Source of the DNA: an uncultured Clostridia bacterium | GTDB taxonomy: Bacteria > Bacillota > Clostridia > TANB77 > CAG-508 | Assembly: GCA_947630235.1 (NCBI GenBank) | Contig: CANRGN010000022.1 | Span: 1 to 31,930 of the forward strand | Direction: 5' to 3' | Length of the DNA: 31,930 bases | In this document: positions 1 through 8,415 of the stretch, one piece after another | Position numbering within the stretch: position 1 is the stretch's first letter | How the letters are laid out: each line of letters opens with the position of its first letter | Notes under the pieces: model-generated | Told to the model about the DNA's origin: nothing | Databases searched by the model: none | Seen by the model: the letters and a program-made list of their open reading frames with translations, nothing else | Made by a program: the position numbers and the translations under genes

Positions 1-77
1 GATTCGAACCCACGGTAGGCTATTAACCTACGCCAATTTTCAAGACTGGTGCCATAAACCAACTCGACCACCTCTCC
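1..77 (-). tRNA. tRNA-Ser (anticodon UGA), 3' end cut off by the window edge
   Basis: The reverse complement of 1-77 reads GGAGAGGTGGTCGAGTTGG..CCAGT-CTTGAAA-ATTGG..CGTAGGTTAATAGCCTACC..GGGTTCGAATC. This gives an anticodon stem/loop with TGA, a long class-II variable arm and a T-arm. The acceptor 3' strand lies left of position 1. Confidence 0.85.
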
Positions 78-142
78 ATTTGTTATTAGATTTCTCTAAC
101 AACACATATATATTAACATATTATTAATACATTTGTCAATAG

Positions 143-664
143 TTATTTTCTATGTTTTGCAATAAAATTTTTTGTTTGCTCTGCCAAATCTATTGCATAT
201 TTTTCTTCATCTGATAACTGATATTGTGAAACTCCGTTTTTTATAGGTTTTGCATATATATTTGATGATTCAGAACCATAAATTCCATTTAATACTACTC
301 CATTATCTTCTCTATCAAGTAAAGCTATAGCAAAGCTTAAATCACTTCCTACATCTTTAAAAGCATTATATCTAACTAATCCAACCTTTTGTATACATGA
401 AGCTATATCACTATCTAATTTTGTATAATAAGCTTTTATTTCACTGTTATCTTTTTTTATTAAATTTACATCATCTAAATATTTTTTTAGCATTTCAGGA
501 ATATTATTTCCATTTCCTAGCTTGTTCATAAAGCTCTTATACTCTTTATTCAATTTATAAAATAAATAAACAGCTACAATTAAAAATATAAATAAAATAA
601 TTTCAAAACAAAAATTAAAAAAAATAAAATTGTCACTTTTCAAAAATTCAATAAAATCGTTCAT
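143..664 (-). CDS. DUF4446-family membrane protein, the conserved gene downstream of parB in Clostridia
   Basis: 173 aa with an N-terminal TM helix (FIFFNFCFEIILFIFLIVAVYLF). The C-terminal core VGLVRYNAFKDVGSDLSFAIALLD..NGVVLNGIY is typical of DUF4446. It sits directly after parB. Confidence 0.75.
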   Translation of the reverse strand: MNDFIEFLKSDNFIFFNFCFEIILFIFLIVAVYLFYKLNKEYKSFMNKLGNGNNIPEMLKKYLDDVNLIKKDNSEIKAYYTKLDSDIASCIQKVGLVRYNAFKDVGSDLSFAIALLDREDNGVVLNGIYGSESSNIYAKPIKNGVSQYQLSDEEKYAIDLAEQTKNFIAKHRK

Positions 665-674
665 CTTACCATCC

Positions 675-1547
675 TTATTTAATCAATTGTAAAATTCTTT
701 CCAAATCTTCATTAGAATTATAAGAAATTATTATTTTTCCTTTTCTAGTTCCAGCATCTAATTTTACTTTCGTACCAAAAAAACCTCTAAAAGATTGTTC
801 AATATCTCTATAAATAGCCTCATATTTTTCATCTTTTTTCTTCATTTTTTTCTTTATATGCATTTTCTTTTCAGCTTCTCTAACAGAATCTCCAGATTCT
901 ATCATTCTTAAAGCCATTTGATATTGTTTTTCAGGATCATCTATTGCCATTAAAGCTTTACAATGTCCCTCTGTTAGTTTACCCTGAAGTGCAATTTCTA
1001 TTACTCTTTCGTCTAAATTTAATATTCTAACAGTATTTGCAATTGAACTTCTACTTTTTCCAAGAATATCAGCAATCTTTTGTTGAGTTAAATTATATTG
1101 ATCCATAAGAGTTTTTATTCCTCTTGCTTTTTCTATTGGATTTAAATCCTCTCTTTGAATATTTTCAATTAAAGATATTTCTCTATTTCTTTGTTCATCA
1201 TCTTCTCTAATTATTACCGGGATTTCCTCTAAACCAGCTCTTTTAGAAGCTCTCCATCTTCTTTCACCAGCTATAATTTCATAATATTTTTCTTTTTTAG
1301 TTACAATTATAGGTTGAATAACACCATAAGTTTTAATAGATTCAGCAAGTTCATCTATTGATTCTTCATCAAAAATTTTTCTTGCTTGTGTAGGATTTGG
1401 TTCAATATCAATCAATTTTAATGTTGTTACACCTTCGGATTTTTTTTCATCATTTTTTTTAGAAGCATTAGATACTTGTTCTTCAACTAAATTAGCACTT
1501 CCAAATAATGCATCTAAGCCTTTTCCTAATCCAGACATTTTAGCCAT
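675..1547 (-). CDS. parB: Chromosome partitioning protein ParB/Spo0J
   Basis: 290 aa with the ParB box IIAGERRWRASKRAGL and an HTH (LTQQKIADILGKSRSSIANTVRIL). It lies immediately downstream of parA. Confidence 0.95.
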   Translation of the reverse strand: MAKMSGLGKGLDALFGSANLVEEQVSNASKKNDEKKSEGVTTLKLIDIEPNPTQARKIFDEESIDELAESIKTYGVIQPIIVTKKEKYYEIIAGERRWRASKRAGLEEIPVIIREDDEQRNREISLIENIQREDLNPIEKARGIKTLMDQYNLTQQKIADILGKSRSSIANTVRILNLDERVIEIALQGKLTEGHCKALMAIDDPEKQYQMALRMIESGDSVREAEKKMHIKKKMKKKDEKYEAIYRDIEQSFRGFFGTKVKLDAGTRKGKIIISYNSNEDLERILQLIK

Positions 1548-1550
1548 TTT

Positions 1551-2336
1551 CTATTCCTCCTCATTTTTCTCTATTTTTTTTGTATTATTTAACACTTCTT
1601 TAGCAAGTTTTTCATAACACCTTGCTCCCTTAGATTTTGGATCGTATAATGATATTGGCATACCAAAACTTGGAGCTTCACTAAGTTTAATATTTCTAGG
1701 AATTACAGTTTTATACACTTTTTCTCCAAAATATCTTTTTACTTCTTTAACTACTTGATTAGAAAGATTTGTTCTCATATCATACATAGTTAAAACAGCA
1801 CCTTCTATCTCCAAATTTTTATTTAAATGTTTTTTTACCAAATTTATTGTATTAATAAGTTGTCCTAAACCCTCTAATGCATAGTATTCACATTGAACAG
1901 GTATTAATACAGAATCAGCAGCTGTAAAAGCATTAAGTGTAATCAATCCTAAAGAAGGTGGACAATCTACCAAAATATAATCAAATTTATCTTTAACTTC
2001 ATCTAATTTTTCTTTTAATCTTTGTTCTCTAGACATGAGATTAACTAGCTCAACTTCAGCTCCTGCAAGATTCATATTAGATGGGCATACTTTTAAACTT
2101 TTTACACAAGTATCTTGTAACGTAGACATTATGTCAACTTCACTTATTAATACATCATACAAAGAAAATTCTACTTCCTTATCAATGCCCAAACCACTAG
2201 TTCCATTACCTTGTGGATCAGCATCTATGAGCATTACTTTTTTATCTTTTTTTGCCAAAATAGTACTTAAATTTACAGCAGTAGTAGTTTTTCCAACACC
2301 ACCTTTTTGATTAGCTATTGCTATTATTTTTCCCAA
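1551..2336 (-). CDS. parA: Chromosome partitioning ATPase ParA/Soj
   Basis: 261 aa with the deviant Walker A NQKGGVGKTTTAVNL and Walker B ILVDCPPSLG. It forms an operon with parB. Confidence 0.95.
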   Translation of the reverse strand: MGKIIAIANQKGGVGKTTTAVNLSTILAKKDKKVMLIDADPQGNGTSGLGIDKEVEFSLYDVLISEVDIMSTLQDTCVKSLKVCPSNMNLAGAEVELVNLMSREQRLKEKLDEVKDKFDYILVDCPPSLGLITLNAFTAADSVLIPVQCEYYALEGLGQLINTINLVKKHLNKNLEIEGAVLTMYDMRTNLSNQVVKEVKRYFGEKVYKTVIPRNIKLSEAPSFGMPISLYDPKSKGARCYEKLAKEVLNNTKKIEKNEEE

Positions 2337-2555
2337 GTTAATCCCTCCTTATATTATCTCCAATAATAATATAAAAAATTAAAAAATATGTCAATAAATT
2401 TTAGTGATAATCTATATATTTTTTTATATTTCTACCTAAATTGACTATATAAAATATGATAAAAATATTTTTTTACAAATATTGAAATTTTTTACAATTA
2501 TTTCAAATTTTAATACAATTTTTAATACAATTTTATATGCCTTTATTAAACCTGC

Positions 2556-2935
2556 CTATAGAGAATTTTACTATTAATAACAATACTGGGCATTTTATTA
2601 TGTTAGATTATTACGATATACTGCAAAGTCTAAGTTAAATTGTTCGTGCAACTATTTTGAAAAAATGTATGTAGGCTTTTTTTAGCTTGCTATAGAAAAC
2701 TTCCCTACTCAATAACAATGGTAAACATTTTATTATGTTAGATTATTATAATATACTGCAAAGCCTAAGTTAAATTGTTCGTGCAACTATTTTGAAAAAA
2801 TGTATGTAAGCTTTTTTAAGCTTGCTATAGAAAACTTCCCTACTCAATAACAATGGTAAACATTTTATTATGTTAAACTATTTAAATATATTACAAAATA
2901 CACATTAAATTATTAGTGTGAAGATATGGCTAGAT
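2556..2935. repeat. Tandem array of a 135-bp unit: a partial tail, two near-identical full units (2591-2725 and 2726-2860) and one degenerate unit (2861-~2935)
   Basis: Units begin CATTTTATTATGTTAGATT at 2591, 2726 and 2861 (period 135). Units 1 and 2 differ at only a few positions. Each contains ATATACTGCAAAG(T/C)CTAAGTTAAATTGTTCGTGCAAC and a small hairpin GTA(G/A)GC-T-rich loop-GCTTGC. Confidence 0.85.
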
Positions 2936-2982
2936 TTTTGTGCAATTTTTTTCAAACCGAAAAATTCATAAAAATAACAAAA

Positions 2983-3032
2983 TGTTCCACACTTTTAATT
3001 GCCAAAAAGTCTAATTTCAATAGTGTTCCACG
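2983..3032 (+). other. Two direct copies of the motif TGTTCCAC(A/G), at 2983-2991 and 3024-3032
   Basis: Read directly from the sequence. The 9-mer equals the left half of the Bacillus-type parS (TGTTNCACGTGAAACA) and shares the TCCAC core of DnaA boxes. The same motif occurs as an inverted pair at 5980-6006. Confidence 0.3.
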
Positions 3033-3222
3033 ATTTTCAATACTGGTTAACCTTAATATACATAATATTTAGTGGCTTATAACTCCAAAAAACATTTTCT
3101 TAAAATATATATTATAAAAAACAAAATAAAAAAAATCAATATAAAATAATAATTTTTTTTATTTATTTTTTTACTCGATAATTTTTTTAATTTAAAACAA
3201 TAATAAATCTTTTCTCATAAAA

Positions 3223-3283
3223 CATTTTCTTATGTTAGACTATTAAAATATATTGCAATGTACACGTTAAATTATTCGTGCTA
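3223..3283. repeat. Diverged solo copy of the 135-bp repeat family core
   Basis: CATTTTCTTATGTTAGACTATTAAAATATATTGCAATGTACACGTTAAATTATTCGTGCTAC aligns with the first ~60 nt of the tandem unit at 2591. Confidence 0.6.
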
Positions 3284-3284
3284 C

Positions 3285-3325
3285 AAAAAATAACGAAGTA
3301 TCTTTTTAAAGATTACTTCGTTATT
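3285..3325 (-). terminator. Rho-independent terminator of rsmG
   Basis: Minus-strand hairpin AATAACGAAGTAATCTTT/AAAGATACTTCGTTATT (one bulge) followed by a T-run, 25 nt downstream of the rsmG stop. Confidence 0.75.
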
Positions 3326-3350
3326 CAATCAAATTTTTATATATATAAAT

Positions 3351-4067
3351 CTATTTTAATGGCTTTTTCAAAGGTAATCCAGAATTTCTTGGATATTTGT
3401 TTGGCGTTTCACTTACTTTATCTATAATAATAATATTTCTTTCTATATCATCATCAATATGAATAGAAAGAATACTATCAATTCTTCCTCCTAACTTTTT
3501 AATAGCATTTTTACTATTTTCCATTTCTTCATTAATATTAGGCCCTTTCATGCAAATTACTTTTCCTCCAATTTTTACTAGAGGTAATAAATACTCAGAC
3601 AAAGTAGTTAAATTTGAAACAGCTCTAGAAGTTGCAAAATCATATTTTTCTCTATAATTTGTTTTATGTGCAATATCTTCTACTCTAGTATGAATTGCTT
3701 CAACTTTTTTTAAATTTAACTTTTCTATAATACTATTTAAAACCATAACCTTTTTATTTACAGAATCTACTAATGTAATATCTATATTTTCTAAAGCTAA
3801 TTTCAAAGGAATTCCTGGAAATCCTGCACCTGTTCCAACATCAATTACTTTTGATTTTTCTGATATTATTGATTTTATGGTAAGAGAATCTACAAAATGT
3901 TTAATAATAAACTCTTTTTCCTCTTTTATAGCTGTTAGATTTATCTTTTCATTCCACAAAAGAACTTCTTTCATGTATTTATAAAACAAATCATAATTTA
4001 TATCTAATTTTATATTATTTTTTTCTAATTCTTCTTTAAAAATTTTACAAAAAGTTTCAAAATCCAA
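3351..4067 (-). CDS. rsmG: 16S rRNA (guanine527-N7)-methyltransferase RsmG (GidB)
   Basis: 238 aa with the SAM-binding motif VIDVGTGAGFPGIPLK. It has the conserved position downstream of mnmG. Confidence 0.9.
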   Translation of the reverse strand: MDFETFCKIFKEELEKNNIKLDINYDLFYKYMKEVLLWNEKINLTAIKEEKEFIIKHFVDSLTIKSIISEKSKVIDVGTGAGFPGIPLKLALENIDITLVDSVNKKVMVLNSIIEKLNLKKVEAIHTRVEDIAHKTNYREKYDFATSRAVSNLTTLSEYLLPLVKIGGKVICMKGPNINEEMENSKNAIKKLGGRIDSILSIHIDDDIERNIIIIDKVSETPNKYPRNSGLPLKKPLK

Positions 4068-4078
4068 AATCTTACCCC

Positions 4079-5950
4079 CTACTTCTTTAATGTTTCTAAA
4101 TAGATAAGTAAAACAGATATATCGGCTGGTGAAACACCAGATATTCTTGAAGCTTGGCCAATTGAATATGGTTTAAATTTATTCAATTTTTGTCTTGCCT
4201 CTAATCTAATTCCCTTAATATCATTATAATCTATGTTATCTGGTAATAATTTTTTCTCAAGTTTTTTAAAAGATTCAACTTGTTTTTCTTGCAACTTTAT
4301 ATAACCATCATATTTTATCATAATTTCTGCTTCTTCACTAACTTGTTTATCAACAATTGGTCTATTTTTATCAATTTCTGCTAAAATTTCATAATTTATT
4401 TCTGTTCTTTTTAATAATTCAGCAAGTTTTACTCCACAATCAACAGGAGAAGTTCCGTGCTTAACTAAAAAATCATTAAGTTCTTTAGTAGGCTTAATAT
4501 TCGTTGTTTCTAATCTTTCAATTTCTTTTTTTATATTTTCCTGTTTTTCTAAAAACTTTTGATATCTTTCTTCACTAATTAATCCAATATCATAACCAAT
4601 TTTAGTTAATCTAATATCTGCATTATCTTGCCTTAATAATAATCTATATTCTGCTCTTGAAGTCATCATTCTATAAGGTTCTTGAGTACTTTTTGTTACT
4701 ATATCATCAATTAAAACACCAATATATCCTTGAGATCTATCTATTATAACTGGTTCTTTTCCTTTTAATTTTTGAACAGCATTTATTCCAGCAATTATCC
4801 CTTGTGCGGCAGCTTCTTCATATCCAGAAGTTCCATTTATTTGTCCTGCAAAAAACAATCCATTAATTTTCTTTAATTCCAAAGAACTTTTAAGTTGAGA
4901 TGGTTCTATTGAATCATATTCTATAGCATAAGCAGGCCTTGTAAACTCTGCATTTTCTAGACCAGGAAGTGTTCTATACATAGCTATTTGAACATCCTCA
5001 GGAAGTGAAGAACTCATTCCTTGAATATATAATTCATCTGTATCTTTTCCAATTGGCTCAACAAAAATTTGATGTCTTTCTTTATCTGCAAAACGAACAA
5101 CTTTATCTTCAATTGATGGACAATATCTAGGCCCTGTTCCTTCAATTAGTCCTGCATATAATGGTGACCTATGTAAATTTTCTCTTATAATTTCATGAGT
5201 TTTATTGTTTGTATAAGTTAAATAACAAGGTTCTTGTTCTATTTTTTCTAATTTATCCTCAAAAGAAAAAGCAACAGGATCTTCATCTCCTAATTGAATT
5301 TCCATTTTTGAAAAATCTACACTTTTTTTATTTATTCTAGCAGGAGTTCCCGTTTTAAATCTTTGAATCTCTATACCTAATTTTTTTAAACAGTCTGATA
5401 ATCTATTTGCAGGAAAAACCCCATCAGGGCCACTTTCAAAAGATTTATCACCAATAAAAATTTTCCCTTTTAAATATGTTCCTGTTGCAACAATTACACA
5501 ATCAACATCATAAGTTGCATCTAAATGTGTAGTAATAGATTTTACTTTCCCATCTTCAACAGTTATATCAACAATTTCTGCTTGCTTTAAAAATAAATTT
5601 TCTTGCTTTTCTAAAGTATGCTTCATTTCCATCTGATATCTTTTTCTATCAGCTTGAGCTCTTAATGAATGTACAGCGGGTCCTTTTGAAGTATTAAGCA
5701 TTTTTAATTGTATGTAAGTTTTATCAATATTCCTCCCCATTTCTCCGCCTAGTGCATCAATTTCTCTAACCAAATGCCCTTTTGATGTACCTCCTATATG
5801 TGGATTACAAGGCATATTAGCAACACATTCAAGTGTTATTGAAAACAATAAAGTTTTCATTCCTAATCTAGCAGCGGCAAGTGCAGCTTCACATCCAGCA
5901 TGTCCAGCGCCTATTACTGCTATATCATATTTTCCAGCATTATATCCCAT
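4079..5950 (-). CDS. mnmG: tRNA uridine-5-carboxymethylaminomethyl modification enzyme MnmG (GidA)
   Basis: FAD motif [23 protein letters not shown] with full-length homology. The start is placed at the internal ATG (5950), which is preceded by the SD AAAGGAA. The 13-codon extension to 5989 in the ORF track has no SD and runs into an intergenic hairpin. Confidence 0.93.
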   Translation of the reverse strand: MGYNAGKYDIAVIGAGHAGCEAALAAARLGMKTLLFSITLECVANMPCNPHIGGTSKGHLVREIDALGGEMGRNIDKTYIQLKMLNTSKGPAVHSLRAQADRKRYQMEMKHTLEKQENLFLKQAEIVDITVEDGKVKSITTHLDATYDVDCVIVATGTYLKGKIFIGDKSFESGPDGVFPANRLSDCLKKLGIEIQRFKTGTPARINKKSVDFSKMEIQLGDEDPVAFSFEDKLEKIEQEPCYLTYTNNKTHEIIRENLHRSPLYAGLIEGTGPRYCPSIEDKVVRFADKERHQIFVEPIGKDTDELYIQGMSSSLPEDVQIAMYRTLPGLENAEFTRPAYAIEYDSIEPSQLKSSLELKKINGLFFAGQINGTSGYEEAAAQGIIAGINAVQKLKGKEPVIIDRSQGYIGVLIDDIVTKSTQEPYRMMTSRAEYRLLLRQDNADIRLTKIGYDIGLISEERYQKFLEKQENIKKEIERLETTNIKPTKELNDFLVKHGTSPVDCGVKLAELLKRTEINYEILAEIDKNRPIVDKQVSEEAEIMIKYDGYIKLQEKQVESFKKLEKKLLPDNIDYNDIKGIRLEARQKLNKFKPYSIGQASRISGVSPADISVLLIYLETLKK

Positions 5951-5979
5951 AATAAAATTCCTTTCTTTTTTCAGTTGAG

Positions 5980-6006
5980 CGTGGAACATTAAAAAAATGT
6001 TCCACG
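5980..6006. repeat. Perfect 10-bp inverted repeat CGTGGAACAT / ATGTTCCACG with a 7-nt loop
   Basis: Arms at 5980-5989 and 5997-6006, loop TAAAAAA. It lies in the mnmE-mnmG spacer just upstream of the mnmG SD and has no T-run after it on the minus strand. It carries two TGTTCCACG motifs in everted orientation. Confidence 0.7.
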
Positions 6007-6050
6007 AACCTGCGTTTAACGATTTTTCGTATATAGTATTATGTAAACCT
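6002..6050. repeat. Probable inverted, diverged copy of the repeat-family core
   Basis: CCACGAACCTGCGTTTAACGATTTTTCGTATATAGTATTATGTAAACC aligns by eye to the reverse complement of the tandem unit (GCACGAACAATTTAAC..GCAGTATATCGTAATAATCTAAC). Shared blocks are CACGAAC, TTTAAC and GTATAT. Confidence 0.35.
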
Positions 6051-6171
6051 ACTTTGGTTCGTATTAAATTTAATTTTTACGATTTTATATAGTTAATCAA
6101 GTAATTTGTTGTTGAGTTAATAAAAATGCCTTATTTTTCATTTTAAAGCGTTGTTTTTTATTTTATTTCCA

Positions 6172-7536
6172 TTATTTTCCTAAACAAAATTTAGAAAAAA
6201 TTTCTTTAATTACATCATCAGTTACAGATTCACCTGTAATTTTTCCAAGCTCCTCTAAAATTTGTTTTAAATAAGTAGAAATTATATCTATAGGCATTCC
6301 ATCATTTATTGTTTGTACACATTTATCTAAATCATTTTTTGCAGATTTAATAATATATTTATGCCTATTATTTGTTATAACTAATTCTCCATCATTGCAA
6401 ATTTGATCAAATTTAAACATTTTCTCAATTTCTTTATATAGTTCTTCTAAGCCAATTCCAAGCTTTGTAGACATTTTTATTATTGGAGATTCGATATTTT
6501 CAAATTGAGTTATGTCTACTTGATCAACTAGATCAATTTTGTTTAATAGAATTAATGAATTTTTATTTTTTAAAATTTCCAATATTTCTAAATCTTCTGA
6601 ATTAATTTTTTTAGAAATATCAAAAATTCCAATTACAATATCACTTTTTTCAGCAATTTCTTTAGCCTTTTTTACACCAATCTTTTCTACCACATCATCT
6701 GTATCTCTAATTCCTGCTGTATCAATTATTTTTAATGGAATTCCTTTGATTGATATAAATTCTTCTATTGTATCTCTAGTTGTTCCTTCAATATCTGTAA
6801 CAATTGCTCTTTCTTCATTTAAAAGTAAATTTAACAAAGATGATTTTCCTGCATTAGGTCTTCCAATAATTGCTGTATTAATTCCTTCTTTCAAAATTTT
6901 TCCATTTTCAAAGCTTAATTCTAATCTATCTAATTTTTTCCTAACTTCTTTTAAATTTTCTAAAATTCGAAAATTTGTAACTTCTTCAATATCATATTCT
7001 GGATAATCAATTGTTGCTTCAATATCTGCCATAATAGATATTATTGAATCTCTAATTTGTTTTATTGTTCTAGATAAGTTCCCTTCTAATTGATTTACAG
7101 AAACTTTTAATTCCTTATCTGTTTTAGAATTTATTATATCAACAACAGCTTCTGCTTGAGATAAATCAATTCTTCCATTTAAAAAAGCTCTTTTAGTAAA
7201 TTCACCAGGCTCTGCTAAAATAGCTCCATTTTTTATACATAATTCTAATATTTTATTCATCATTATTAAACCACCATGTGAATTTATTTCACACATATTT
7301 TCTGTAGTATAACTTTTTGGTGATTTAAAATATGAAACTAAAACTTCATCTATTATTTGATTTCCATCTATTATATTTCCGTATTTTATAGAATATCCTT
7401 TGATATTTTCGATTTTTTCTTTTCTTTTTGGCTTAAATATTTTTTCTAAAATTTCGAATGATTCTTCACCACTCATTCGAATTATTCCAATTCCTCCAAC
7501 TCCAGGAGCTGTTGAAATAGCTACTATAGTACTCAT
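6172..7536 (-). CDS. mnmE: tRNA modification GTPase MnmE (TrmE/ThdF)
   Basis: 454 aa with G1 GRPNAGKSSLLN, G3 DTAGIR, NKID and the C-terminal C-x-GK tail (FCLGK). Confidence 0.95.
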   Translation of the reverse strand: MSTIVAISTAPGVGGIGIIRMSGEESFEILEKIFKPKRKEKIENIKGYSIKYGNIIDGNQIIDEVLVSYFKSPKSYTTENMCEINSHGGLIMMNKILELCIKNGAILAEPGEFTKRAFLNGRIDLSQAEAVVDIINSKTDKELKVSVNQLEGNLSRTIKQIRDSIISIMADIEATIDYPEYDIEEVTNFRILENLKEVRKKLDRLELSFENGKILKEGINTAIIGRPNAGKSSLLNLLLNEERAIVTDIEGTTRDTIEEFISIKGIPLKIIDTAGIRDTDDVVEKIGVKKAKEIAEKSDIVIGIFDISKKINSEDLEILEILKNKNSLILLNKIDLVDQVDITQFENIESPIIKMSTKLGIGLEELYKEIEKMFKFDQICNDGELVITNNRHKYIIKSAKNDLDKCVQTINDGMPIDIISTYLKQILEELGKITGESVTDDVIKEIFSKFCLGK

Positions 7537-7652
7537 ATTTTTCCTTCTTTCCGTTAAAATATCTATGTTATTATATCATACTTTACATAATGAGTCAAAA
7601 ATATATTAAAACATTTTTCAAATATATTTAAATGATATAATATAAAAATTCG

Positions 7653-7696
7653 CAAAAAAAAGTCAAAGTTCGATTATAAAATCTTCACTTTGACTT
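7653..7696 (-). terminator. Rho-independent terminator of jag
   Basis: 10-bp stem AAGTCAAAGT/ACTTTGACTT (7660-7669 and 7687-7696) followed by a 6-7 nt T-run on the minus strand, 18 nt after the jag stop. Confidence 0.8.
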
Positions 7697-7713
7697 CAGA
7701 TTTTTAAATATTT

Positions 7714-8412
7714 TTATTTTAAAGATACTACTAATTTTCTATTTGGCTCTTCTCCAACACTATGTGTTTTTACTTTAGAATTATTTTGTAATCTTAAATG
7801 TATTATTTTTCTTTCATAAGCACTCATTGGCTCTAAAGTAATTGATCTTCCAGTTTTTATTACATTAGAAGCAATTCTATCTGCTAAATTTTGTAAATCT
7901 TTTTCTCTTTTTTGTCTATATCCACTTATATTTAATGCTATTTTTATTTTTCCATTAGATTTTTTATTGGCTACATTTGTTAATATTGTTTGTAAACTAT
8001 TTAAAACTTCTCCTCTATATCCAATTAAAAAACCAGTATCTTCGCCTTCTACATCAACATAAATATAATTTTCTTCATCTCTTATTTTAAAAGATAATTT
8101 GTTTTTTTCAAATTTTGAAACAAATTCATTCATGAATTTGTTAACTTGTTCAACAATTTCTTTGATATCAACATCTTTAACTTCTAATTTCTTTTTTGGT
8201 ATTGTAGTTTTATTATTTTCTTCTTTATTATTTTCTTTTAAAGTAATTTCGACTTTTACTACTCTAGGCGTTAAAATACTAAAAAAGCTTCTTTTTTCTT
8301 CTGATTCTAAAATTTTTATGTCTACTTTGTTTTTAGATACTTTTAATTCACTTAAACCTTTTTCAATTGCCTCAGTAGTAGTTTTTCCTTCGAAAATATA
8401 ACTTTTTTCCAT
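7714..8412 (-). CDS. jag: RNA-binding protein Jag/KhpB (Jag_N, KH and R3H domains)
   Basis: 232 aa with a KH-like GYRGEVLNSLQ and R3H ERKIIHLRLQ. It has the conserved position after yidC. Confidence 0.85.
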   Translation of the reverse strand: MEKSYIFEGKTTTEAIEKGLSELKVSKNKVDIKILESEEKRSFFSILTPRVVKVEITLKENNKEENNKTTIPKKKLEVKDVDIKEIVEQVNKFMNEFVSKFEKNKLSFKIRDEENYIYVDVEGEDTGFLIGYRGEVLNSLQTILTNVANKKSNGKIKIALNISGYRQKREKDLQNLADRIASNVIKTGRSITLEPMSAYERKIIHLRLQNNSKVKTHSVGEEPNRKLVVSLK

Positions 8413-8415
8413 TTA

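Noticed and set aside
2035-2310. Plus-strand 91-aa ORF inside parA, and similar antisense ORFs at 6539-7006, 7400-7609, 8099-8401, 8564-8758, 9686-9919, 13488-13697, 14382-14594, 15399-15590, 15572-15754 and 31619-31807
   Set aside because: All lie inside or across well-supported conserved genes, antisense or in an alternative frame. They have low-complexity F/S/I/L-rich translations and lack SD sequences. They are shadow ORFs typical of AT-rich DNA.
2556-2935. Possible CRISPR array
   Set aside because: The period is 135 bp, and the whole unit is conserved, including what would be the spacer. There are no unique spacers and no cas genes in the window. It is a plain tandem repeat.
675-3350. 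A canonical 16-bp parS palindrome (TGTTNCACGTGAAACA) in or near parB
   Set aside because: Reading through the window I found only TGTTCCAC(G/A) half-sites and no CACGTG-centred palindrome. A by-eye scan can miss one, so it is not reported as a feature; a pattern search should confirm this.
5951-5989. 13-codon N-terminal extension of mnmG ([13 protein letters not shown]) given in the ORF track
   Set aside because: The internal ATG at 5950 is preceded by AAAGGAA and gives the canonical MnmG N-terminus just before the FAD motif. The upstream ATG lies inside the 10-bp inverted repeat and has no SD.
6020-6048. A dif (XerCD) site, which would suggest an IMEX-type integration as in the gonococcal genetic island
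   Set aside because: Only the XerD-arm-like 12-mer TATTATGTAAAC matches. The central region and XerC arm do not, the location is origin-proximal rather than terminus-proximal, and the AT-rich match was noticed post hoc. It is kept only as a side note in the motif finding.
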